This document shows positions 9,006 through 17,456 of a stretch of DNA of 64,000 nucleotides, in pieces. The number at the start of each line of letters is the position of its first letter. The first letter of the stretch is position 1. The position numbers and the translations under genes were made by a program. A model generated the notes under the pieces. The model was not told where the DNA came from. It was given only the letters and a program-made list of their open reading frames with translations, and searched no databases. Source of the stretch: an uncultured Acidobacteriota bacterium (lineage in GTDB: Bacteria; Acidobacteriota; Vicinamibacteria; Vicinamibacterales; UBA8438); the NCBI GenBank assembly GCA_913043225.1, contig CAJWLU010000009.1, positions 32,001 through 96,000 of the forward strand. Reading direction: 5' to 3'.

Positions 9006-11102
9006 GTGACCGTGAGAGCAGGAACAACCTGGCGGTTCGTGGTGATTGGTGCGGTGTTGGTGGGCATGCTCTGGGCGCCGCGGTGGGCGGTGGCGCAGTA
9101 CGGGGCCAGGAACGGGGAGTGGCGGAGTTACGGCGGTGACGCCGGCAGCACGAAATACTCGCCCCTTGACCAGATCACGCGCGACAATTTCGAGCAGCTC
9201 GAGTTGGCGTGGTCGTGGGACTCGATCGACAACGTCCTGAGCATGGGCACCGGCGATGGCGGCGAGTGGCAGACGAGCTACGAGGCGATCATCGCGCAGC
9301 TTGAGGCGGACACCCCGAATCTATATCGCGAGCGGAACCTGCCCAACCGCTCGAATCTCCAGGCGACGCCGTTGATGGTGAACGGTGTGCTCTACCTGAA
9401 CACGCCGTTGTCGCAGGGGGTCGCCATCGACGCGGCCACCGGCCAGACACGCTGGATCTACAACCCGAAGAGCTACGAAGAAGGTACCACCTCAATGACC
9501 GTCACCTGGCGCGAGCGCGGGGTCGCCTACTGGACCGACGGTGAGGGGGACGAGCGGATCTACTGGGGCACAGGGAGCGGCCACGTCGTCTGCGTGGACG
9601 CGAAGACCGGGCAGGCCTGTTCTGACTTTGGCGACGGGGGTATGGTCGACGCCATGACCGGGCTACCACGCGCGGTCCGCGACAACCGCGACTATCTGAA
9701 CGCCATCCTCTATTCCATCCAGTCGCCTCCGGTCGTGGTGGGAGACAAGATCATCCACGGGTCCTCAGTGGCTGACCGCATCGTCGCGAAGGAAGCGGTG
9801 CCGGGCTGGGTGCGCGCCTGGAACGCCCGCACGGGCGACCACGAGTGGGATTTTCACACGGTGCCGGCCAATGGCGATGAGTATGGCGCTGAGACCTGGC
9901 TGGACGAGTCGTGGCGCTACTCGGGCAACGCCAATGTCTGGAGCATGCTGAGCGGCGACCCCGAGCTGGGCTACGTCTATCTGCCGACCGGCACGCCCAC
10001 CAACGACTACTACGGCGGCCACCGGTTGGGCGATAACCTGTTTGCCGAGACCGTGGTGGCGGTTGACATCGAGACCGGCCAGCGGATGTGGCACTTCCAG
10101 GCGGTGCACCACGGTCTGTGGGACTACGACTTCCCGGCCGCGCCCAACCTGCTCGACATCACCGTGGACGGGCGTGAAGTGAAGGCGCTGGCACAGGTGA
10201 GCAAGCAGGGGTTCATCTACACCTTCGACCGGGTCACCGGCGAGCCGGTTTGGCCGATCGAAGAACGCCCGGTGCCGATCGAGCCGGTGATTCCTGGTGA
10301 GGTGCCGGCGCCGACCCAGCCGTTCCCCACCAAGCCGCCGCCGTTCGACTATCAGGGGGTCACACTGGACGATCTGGTCGACTTTACCCCCGAGATCCGA
10401 GCGATGGCCGTTGAGGCCGTCAGCGACTTCCGAATGGGGCCGCTCTACACGCCGCCCACACTGGCCGAGGAGAACGGTCCGCAGGGCACCCTGTTTCGTC
10501 CGAGCGGTGGCGGGGCGGCAAGCTGGACCGGGGCGGCGGTCGATCCCGAAACGGGCATGCTCTATGTGCCATCGAACAACAGCTTCGGCGTGATTCATTA
10601 CTACACGCCAGACCCGGCCATCGGCGGCAACCTGCGCTATACCCATGGCGCCCCCGAGGCCGAACGTCTGGACGGCAATGTCCCCCGCGGCCCGGTCATG
10701 CCGCAGGGACTTCCGCTTCTTAAGCCGCCCTACTCCCGGATGACGGCCATCGACATGAACCGGGGTGAAGAGGCCTGGATGCAGCCGAACGGCAACGGCG
10801 ACCGCATTCGTAACCACCCGAGGCTGCGTGAGCTGGACCTGCCGCCGCTGGGTGGTGACGGGCGTGGCGGGCCGGTGTTGACCAAGACGCTGCTGATCAG
10901 TGCACTCTCGGCTGGTGGCACCGACAACGGTCCGCGACTGATCGCGCGCGACAAGGCGACCGGTGAAATTCTAGGATCGGTGGACCTGCCGTCTGGCGCG
11001 ATCGGGACACCGATGACCTACATGCTCGACGGTCGCCAGTACATCGCGCTCACCGTCGGCGGACGTCCGCCACGGCTCGTTGCCTTCGCACTGCCGGAGT
11101 AG
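9006..11102 (+). CDS. PQQ-dependent dehydrogenase, GDH-like, secreted
   Basis: GGAG before GTG; signal peptide; EWRSYGGD..STKYSPLDQI, QATPL, WHFQAVHHGLWDYD, TQPFP, PMTY..DGRQY. Confidence 0.9.
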   Translation: MTVRAGTTWRFVVIGAVLVGMLWAPRWAVAQYGARNGEWRSYGGDAGSTKYSPLDQITRDNFEQLELAWSWDSIDNVLSMGTGDGGEWQTSYEAIIAQLEADTPNLYRERNLPNRSNLQATPLMVNGVLYLNTPLSQGVAIDAATGQTRWIYNPKSYEEGTTSMTVTWRERGVAYWTDGEGDERIYWGTGSGHVVCVDAKTGQACSDFGDGGMVDAMTGLPRAVRDNRDYLNAILYSIQSPPVVVGDKIIHGSSVADRIVAKEAVPGWVRAWNARTGDHEWDFHTVPANGDEYGAETWLDESWRYSGNANVWSMLSGDPELGYVYLPTGTPTNDYYGGHRLGDNLFAETVVAVDIETGQRMWHFQAVHHGLWDYDFPAAPNLLDITVDGREVKALAQVSKQGFIYTFDRVTGEPVWPIEERPVPIEPVIPGEVPAPTQPFPTKPPPFDYQGVTLDDLVDFTPEIRAMAVEAVSDFRMGPLYTPPTLAEENGPQGTLFRPSGGGAASWTGAAVDPETGMLYVPSNNSFGVIHYYTPDPAIGGNLRYTHGAPEAERLDGNVPRGPVMPQGLPLLKPPYSRMTAIDMNRGEEAWMQPNGNGDRIRNHPRLRELDLPPLGGDGRGGPVLTKTLLISALSAGGTDNGPRLIARDKATGEILGSVDLPSGAIGTPMTYMLDGRQYIALTVGGRPPRLVAFALPE

Positions 11103-11106
11103 ATCG

Positions 11107-13272
11107 ATGACCAGACACGACTTTCGAATTGCAGCGATTGGCCTAGCGCCGGCGCTGCTGCTGACCGCCACCACGGCCCTTGCGCAGTTGACGGGCACCG
11201 AGAACGGTGAGTGGCGGTATTTGGGGGGCGACGCGGGCCATACCCGGTCGTCGGCGTTGACCCAGATCAATGGCGACAACTTTTCAGACCTGGAGGTGGC
11301 CTGGATCTGGCGGGGCGACAACTTCGGGCCGAACCGTGACTATTTCAACCGAGCCACACCAATTTACGTAGACGGGGTTGTCTACACTGTGGCGTCGCCG
11401 CGGCGCCAGGTGGTGGCGATCGAGCCGGCGACGGGTGAGACGCTCTGGACGTTCCGAGAGCCTGAGACCATCCGTCACCTCCGTTCTCCGCGGCAGGCGT
11501 ACGGTAAGGGCGTCGCCTATGCGGAGGTAAACGGACGGGGCGTGATCTTCGTCACCAGCCCCGCGTTCTTCCTGTGGGCGCTTGATGCCGAGACCGGGCG
11601 GCCGCTCGAGAACTGGGGCGCGCAGGTGCCGATCGAGGGGTTCCCCGGCTCAGGCACGCTCGATCTGATTCCGCCGCTGGTGTCGGACTGGGGTCGCTGG
11701 CAGGACCGGAGCGCTAGCTACGACGCAAATTTCGGTATTCCGCGCGAACTGGGGATGGTCACCTCATCGTCACCCCCGATCGTGGTCAACGGCGTGGTCG
11801 TCGTGCTGGTCGGACATCAGCCGAGTTATGGACAGACCCGGATCGAAAACGTGCCGGGCGACATCATGGGGTTCAGCGCCGAGACCGGCGAGTTCCTCTG
11901 GAAGTTCCATACGATTCCGCGGCCGGGCGAGTTCGGACACGAGACCTGGCACAACGACGCCTGGCAGTGGTCTGGCGATATGTCGACCTGGGCGCCGGCG
12001 TCGGCCGATCCGGATCTCGGTCTCGTCTACCTGGTGACCAATGCCTCGACGGTGCAGACCTACGCCGGCCATCGTCCGGGTGACAACCTGTTTGGCGGTT
12101 CGGTGCTGGCGCTGGATGTGCAGACGGGGGAGCGTCGCTGGCATTTCCAGATTCATCGAAGCGATCAGTGGAACTACGACCTACCCACAGCGCCGATGCT
12201 GCTGGATCTCACCGTGGACGACCAGGAGATCCCGGCACTGGTGCAGTACACCAAGCAAGGTTTGATCTTCGCGTTCAACCGCGAGACCGGGGAGCCGATC
12301 TGGCCGATCGAGGATCGGGACGTCCTGCAGACCGAAGTGCCCGGGGGCTACACCTCGGCAAGGCAGCCGTATCCGACCCGGCCCGAGCCGGTCGATCCCA
12401 TCATCTGGGACGGGCTGACCGAGGAGTTCGTGGTGGACTACACGTCCGAGCTAAAGGTCCGGGCGATGGAGATCCTGACCCACTACCGTGTGGGGGGGCT
12501 GTATGTGCCGAACCTGCCACAGGATCACACCAACGAGTTTTTCAACAATGTGGGCTGTCAGGCCGGAGGCAACGTGATCCCCCACCCGCCGGTGGCCGAT
12601 GCGACGACCGGGTGGCTCTACAGTTCACACCGCCGAAGCTGCAGCGCCCCGCCGTTCATGGCGCCCACCAACGGGGTGGACCAGGACAATCCAGACTACG
12701 CACGGCCGGGGCCGGGTGGCGCTACGCCCAACAGCACGCCGACCACCGGCACGACCGTCGCTGCCTGGCTACCGCGCGGCGCGAGACGCCCGACACCCGA
12801 GCAGGCGCCGCACGTGTCGGCTACCGGGCTGCCCACGATCGACGGCATTCCGCTCTACAAGCAGATGAACAACCAGCTCTCGGCGTTCGACATGAACACC
12901 GGGGGGCGGACCTGGTCGCTGCCGGTGGGCGAGACGCCTGAGGTCTACGCGATCCACGAGCGGTTGCAGGATGTGGAGCTGCCGAACCTGGGCGGCGCCG
13001 GGTGGTCAATCCAGATGGTCGCTGGAGACCTGCTGGTCCAGACGCGGGCCCTCAGCGAGGGCACCCGGCAGATCCGGCCTGATGGTCCATTGCTGCTGCA
13101 CGGGCGCGACAAGCGCACGGGCGAGATCCTTGGCAGTGTCGAGCTGCCCGCGCCGGGCCAGTACGGAATGATGACTTACATGTACGATGGCAAGCAGTAC
13201 ATCGTGGTGCAGATCGGCAGCATCCATACCGACTTCCCAGGTTCCCTCGTCGCCTACAGCCTCCCCGACTAG
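11107..13272 (+). CDS. PQQ-dependent dehydrogenase-like protein, secreted
   Basis: Starts 4 nt after the previous stop; EWRYLGGD, RATP, WHFQIHRSDQWNYD, MTYMYDGKQY. Confidence 0.88.
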   Translation: MTRHDFRIAAIGLAPALLLTATTALAQLTGTENGEWRYLGGDAGHTRSSALTQINGDNFSDLEVAWIWRGDNFGPNRDYFNRATPIYVDGVVYTVASPRRQVVAIEPATGETLWTFREPETIRHLRSPRQAYGKGVAYAEVNGRGVIFVTSPAFFLWALDAETGRPLENWGAQVPIEGFPGSGTLDLIPPLVSDWGRWQDRSASYDANFGIPRELGMVTSSSPPIVVNGVVVVLVGHQPSYGQTRIENVPGDIMGFSAETGEFLWKFHTIPRPGEFGHETWHNDAWQWSGDMSTWAPASADPDLGLVYLVTNASTVQTYAGHRPGDNLFGGSVLALDVQTGERRWHFQIHRSDQWNYDLPTAPMLLDLTVDDQEIPALVQYTKQGLIFAFNRETGEPIWPIEDRDVLQTEVPGGYTSARQPYPTRPEPVDPIIWDGLTEEFVVDYTSELKVRAMEILTHYRVGGLYVPNLPQDHTNEFFNNVGCQAGGNVIPHPPVADATTGWLYSSHRRSCSAPPFMAPTNGVDQDNPDYARPGPGGATPNSTPTTGTTVAAWLPRGARRPTPEQAPHVSATGLPTIDGIPLYKQMNNQLSAFDMNTGGRTWSLPVGETPEVYAIHERLQDVELPNLGGAGWSIQMVAGDLLVQTRALSEGTRQIRPDGPLLLHGRDKRTGEILGSVELPAPGQYGMMTYMYDGKQYIVVQIGSIHTDFPGSLVAYSLPD

Positions 13273-13288
13273 AAGGTTCCCGGGTCGG

Positions 13289-15226
13289 CTACTGGGGCCG
13301 GGTGAGTGAGGCGTCCAGCGCGCGCTGGATGAGATCGGTCGGCACGGTGGCCGGTGGCACGTTACTGTCGAACCACGCTCGAACATCCTCAGCCAATCCC
13401 AGTCCGTGCATGTAGTTGTAGAGGGCGTGGGTGAGCCCTTGGCCGAGCCCGTCGTGGTCGGTGCCGGTGGGGTCGGTGAACGGAACGACGTTTCGAGCGA
13501 ACGTCCTGGTCGACTGCGGGTTCAGGGTGATACCGAAGCGGGAGGGGTTGAGGGCGACCGGGCTGTGCGCCGTGGCGACGAACCGGTGCCAGTAAGCCGA
13601 TTGCAGGCAGCCGGCCTCGAAGAGCTGTCGCACCCGTTCGAGGGCGTCGACTGTGTCCTGCTCGGTCTGGCTGGGGAAGCCGTACATCAGGTAGGCGTGC
13701 ACCATGATCCCCGCCTCGGTAAACGCCCGGGTCACCCGAGCGACCTGCTCGACCGTAACTCCTTTCTCCATCAGTGCCAGGAGCCGGTCCGACGCGACCT
13801 CCAGGCCGCCACTGACGGCCACACAGCCTGATCGCGCCAGAAGATCGGTCAGCTCGGAGCCGAACGCCTCTTCGAAGCGGACGTTCCCCCACCAGCTAAT
13901 GACTACGCCGCGATCGAGCAGCCGCTTGGCGAGCGCCTGGAGCGCGGCAGGGGGCGCCGCCTCGTCCACGAAATGAAACCCGGTCTGCCCGGTTTCGTCG
14001 ACCAGTGTCTCGATCCGGTCTACGAGTGCATCGGCGGCCAACGGATCGTAGCGGCCGATGTAGTCGAGCGTGACATCGCAGAACGAGCACTTCTTCCAGT
14101 AGCACCCGTGGGCCACGGTCAGCTTGTTCCAGCGGCCATCGGACCAGAGTCGGTGCATCGGGTTGAGCATCTCGATCATCGAGACGTAGCGGTCGAGTGG
14201 GAGCCCGTCGTAGGTCGGTGTGCCGATCTCAGCGAGCGGGACATCCACTTGGCCGGCGTCGTGCTTGTAGACGATCTCGCCGTTCCGACGAAGGAAAGTG
14301 CGTAGGCATGGTGCGCTGGCGTCACGTTTGCACGTAGCGATTCGTTCCAGCAGTAAGAGAAGTGGTTGCTCGCCATCGTCGAGGGTGACGTAGTCGAAGT
14401 AATCGAATACGCGCGGTTCCGCCAGTTGACGAAGCTCGGTGTTGACGTAGCCGCCGCCCAGCACGGTAATCGCCTCAGGGAAGGCCTGCTTGATCCGTCG
14501 TGCCATTCGGAATGCGCCGTAGACGTTTCCTGGAAAGGGAACAGTGAAGCCCACCAGGTCTGGGCGATGCCCCTCGGCCAGCTCGTCGGTCACTTCGTCG
14601 AGAAGCGTGTCGATCAGGGTTGGAGGAGCCTCGAGGGCCCCGGCTAGTGGCGCAAACGAGGGTTCGCTTTCGACCAGATGGCCGGCATAGCGCGAGAGCC
14701 CGAAGCTCGGGTCGATGCCGTCACGGATCGCGTCGGCGATGTCGTCGAGGTACAGCGTGGCCAGGTGCTTAGCGCGGTCAGCGAGTCCGAGGCTGCCAAA
14801 CGCCCAGGCCAGCGGCTCGTCGTGGTCCCCGGCAAGATGTTCGTCGAGCAAGGCGAACCGGGACCCTTCGGGTAGCCAGTCGCGCCCCACAATGCGCAGC
14901 GCTAAACTCGGGTCCCGTCCCTGCAGGTGCCTGACGACCGGGTCGATCGTGGCTAAGAACCGCTCGCTCTCGCCCAGTAGGTGCGCTACTGAGTCCGGTA
15001 TTCCGCTGGTGTCTGGCGCAGCTCCTCGAGCTTCCAGCTTTTCGATCGCACGAGTGAGGCCGGCTCGCGAGAACACTCGAAGGAAGAGCTCCAGCGAGGC
15101 GTCTGCCTGGCGCACGTCCACCCCGAGCCGCGTGGCGTGCTGACGTAGGAATCCGGTGAGGTAGGCCGTCGCTGGGTACGGCGTGTTCGGCTGCACCATC
15201 GGGGGCGTGACAAGTAGAACGCGCAT
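13289..15226 (-). CDS. B12-binding domain radical SAM protein
   Basis: N-terminal cobalamin-binding-like region (VLGGGY, DDGEQP); cluster motif GCYWKKCSFC; FVDEA, GLE, YLMYGFP. Confidence 0.85.
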   Translation of the reverse strand: MRVLLVTPPMVQPNTPYPATAYLTGFLRQHATRLGVDVRQADASLELFLRVFSRAGLTRAIEKLEARGAAPDTSGIPDSVAHLLGESERFLATIDPVVRHLQGRDPSLALRIVGRDWLPEGSRFALLDEHLAGDHDEPLAWAFGSLGLADRAKHLATLYLDDIADAIRDGIDPSFGLSRYAGHLVESEPSFAPLAGALEAPPTLIDTLLDEVTDELAEGHRPDLVGFTVPFPGNVYGAFRMARRIKQAFPEAITVLGGGYVNTELRQLAEPRVFDYFDYVTLDDGEQPLLLLLERIATCKRDASAPCLRTFLRRNGEIVYKHDAGQVDVPLAEIGTPTYDGLPLDRYVSMIEMLNPMHRLWSDGRWNKLTVAHGCYWKKCSFCDVTLDYIGRYDPLAADALVDRIETLVDETGQTGFHFVDEAAPPAALQALAKRLLDRGVVISWWGNVRFEEAFGSELTDLLARSGCVAVSGGLEVASDRLLALMEKGVTVEQVARVTRAFTEAGIMVHAYLMYGFPSQTEQDTVDALERVRQLFEAGCLQSAYWHRFVATAHSPVALNPSRFGITLNPQSTRTFARNVVPFTDPTGTDHDGLGQGLTHALYNYMHGLGLAEDVRAWFDSNVPPATVPTDLIQRALDASLTRPQ

Positions 15227-15291
15227 GCGCGAAATCCTACCGCTGCCAGGCCTTGACATCGAGCCCAGCCTCAACCAGAGTTCCACCCGTC

Positions 15292-17355
15292 ATGAAAAGA
15301 ACCTTCCGATCGGCGTCGCTTGCGGTGGTCCTCCTCGCCATTTTCCTCGTCATCCCGGCTACGGGACAGCAGGTGGGCAGCAGCTTCTCTGGCGCTGATT
15401 GGCCAATGGCTGGCGGTGATTGGACCAGTTCGCGCTACTCGACGCTCGACCAGATCTCGACCGAGAACATTGACCGGTTGGGTGGTGAGTGGGTGACCCG
15501 GATCTCTGGCGGTGGCTCCTCGCGCTCGACTCCGGCCGTCAAGGACGGCGTCATCTACCTAACGGCGGCCGCCAGCGTGGTGGCGATCGATGGTGCGACC
15601 GGCGATGCCCGCTGGCAGTGGCAGGCCGAGGACCCGACCTCGGGCCGTGCCCCATCATGGCAAGGTGTGGGGCTCGACGACGAGAAAGTGTATATGGGAC
15701 TTCGGAGCGTCGAGGTGGGCGCCATCAGTCAAGAGACCGGCGAGCTGGTCTGGGCCACCAATGTGGGCAGCGACCCGGCAATGGCGGGTGAGACCGTTAC
15801 CACGGCCCCGATCGTCGCTGATGGAAAGGTGTTTGTCGGTGTCGCCAATGGCGATAGTGGCGGGCAGGGACGGATTGTTGGACTTGATGCCGACAGCGGT
15901 GCGTTGCTGTGGACGTTCCACGTCATCCCGCGTCCGGGCGAGTTCGGCCACGATTCGTGGCCACAGGACTCGGACATTTGGGAGGTCGGTGGTGGTGGCG
16001 TCTGGCTGGTCGGTACGGTTGACCCCGAGCTGGGCCTCGTGTACTTCGCCACCGGCAACCCGGTGCCGATGTTCGGCGGTGAGATTCGTGGGGGCGACAA
16101 TCTGTTCACCGCCGCGGTGCTCGCGATCGACATGGAGACCGGCGAGCGTCGCTGGCACTTCCAGGTCGTGCGTCACGACATTTGGGACGCCGATATTGCC
16201 ACGCCGATGCTGCTCTACGACGTGGAGATGGACGGCCAGCTCCGTAAAGGCGTTGCCGCCATCCGTGCCGACGGGTACCTCTTTCTGTTCGATCGCGAAA
16301 CGGGAGAGCCACTGATTCCGATTGAGCAGCGCCTGGTGCCGCAGGATCCGAATCAGCTCACCGCCGACACTCAGCCGTTCCCGGTGGGCGCCGAGCGGAT
16401 TATTCCCGACTGTTCGCTGTGGCGTGATCGGGTGCCACCGCCCTTCGAGCTGAGCTGCAGCTTTTTCACGCCGCCCTCCATCGATACGCCTGCGGTGGTT
16501 GGGCTCGGTTCGCCGATTCCGATGGTACGCGTCACCCCGATGTCGTTCAGCCCGCAGACCGGTCTGATCTATGCGCAGGGACGGAGCCACGTCGGGTTCG
16601 CGCGCCGGTTTGAGGATCCCTGGATCTCGGACAACCGTCCTGGTGGGCACGACCGGCTCGGATTGCCCGAGTCGGCCGGGGTGCTCGCGGCGGTGGACCC
16701 GCGGACCAACACGGTGACCTGGAAGCAAGATCTGCTTGGCGGGCGACTGGCCACTAGCGGGCCGATGTCGACCGCGGGCGGACTCGTCTTCTGGGGGTCC
16801 GCCGATGGGCAGCTCGATGCCTACAATGCCGCGACTGGCGACAAGCTCTGGGCCTTCCAGGCGACACCGGCCGGCGCTCGGATGCGCCCCGGTCCCGTGG
16901 CGACCTACGCCATCGATGGTAAGCAGTACATCGCCATGCCGATGGGCAACGAACTGTGGGCGTTCGCACTCGATGGTGACGTGCCGCCTCGAGATGACGC
17001 GGTAGACAATCCGCCGGACCTCGTTCGCTGGACCGGGCCGATCCCGACAGAGACCGACGAGATCCAGACTGGTAGCCTGCGAGAAAACCCGTCGTGGTCG
17101 CTGGGCGGCGCTCGGTCGGCGCTCGACGAACACACGTTCAATCCGCAGCGATCACGTGTGGCCGCCGGTACGCGCGTGCGGTTTGTCAACAACGGTTCGG
17201 TTACTCACACGATCGCGGCACGGGACGGGAGCTGGTCTACCGGACAGATTGAACCTGGGCTTTTCGCCTACGTATCGTTAGATACGGCTGGTGTGGAGGA
17301 ATTCCACTGCACGGAGCATCCTTGGGCGCTCGGTGAAGTGACGGTCGAGCCCTAG
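15292..17355 (+). CDS. PQQ-dependent dehydrogenase fused to a C-terminal cupredoxin (amicyanin/plastocyanin-like) domain
   Basis: Signal peptide; SRYSTLDQI, GGGGVW, RHDIWDAD, DGKQY; C-terminal FNP..GTRVRFVN..HTI..HCTEHPW. Confidence 0.88.
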   Translation: MKRTFRSASLAVVLLAIFLVIPATGQQVGSSFSGADWPMAGGDWTSSRYSTLDQISTENIDRLGGEWVTRISGGGSSRSTPAVKDGVIYLTAAASVVAIDGATGDARWQWQAEDPTSGRAPSWQGVGLDDEKVYMGLRSVEVGAISQETGELVWATNVGSDPAMAGETVTTAPIVADGKVFVGVANGDSGGQGRIVGLDADSGALLWTFHVIPRPGEFGHDSWPQDSDIWEVGGGGVWLVGTVDPELGLVYFATGNPVPMFGGEIRGGDNLFTAAVLAIDMETGERRWHFQVVRHDIWDADIATPMLLYDVEMDGQLRKGVAAIRADGYLFLFDRETGEPLIPIEQRLVPQDPNQLTADTQPFPVGAERIIPDCSLWRDRVPPPFELSCSFFTPPSIDTPAVVGLGSPIPMVRVTPMSFSPQTGLIYAQGRSHVGFARRFEDPWISDNRPGGHDRLGLPESAGVLAAVDPRTNTVTWKQDLLGGRLATSGPMSTAGGLVFWGSADGQLDAYNAATGDKLWAFQATPAGARMRPGPVATYAIDGKQYIAMPMGNELWAFALDGDVPPRDDAVDNPPDLVRWTGPIPTETDEIQTGSLRENPSWSLGGARSALDEHTFNPQRSRVAAGTRVRFVNNGSVTHTIAARDGSWSTGQIEPGLFAYVSLDTAGVEEFHCTEHPWALGEVTVEP

Positions 17356-17456
17356 GTTGGGTGGGGCTTCAGCCTGAACCCCACGCGACGCTAGTGGGCC
17401 CGGAGCCTCCGCTGCGTCGCCGGGCGCTCCCGGCAGGCGCAATGCTCCGGCGCTTG

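Noticed and set aside
15655..17133. Long antisense or alternate-frame ORFs (e.g. 492 aa here; also 3558..4574, 9765..10817, 30689..31918, 58601..59683, 61875..62771)
   Set aside because: Shadows of well-supported genes in GC-rich DNA; Arg/Pro-rich or motif-free translations.
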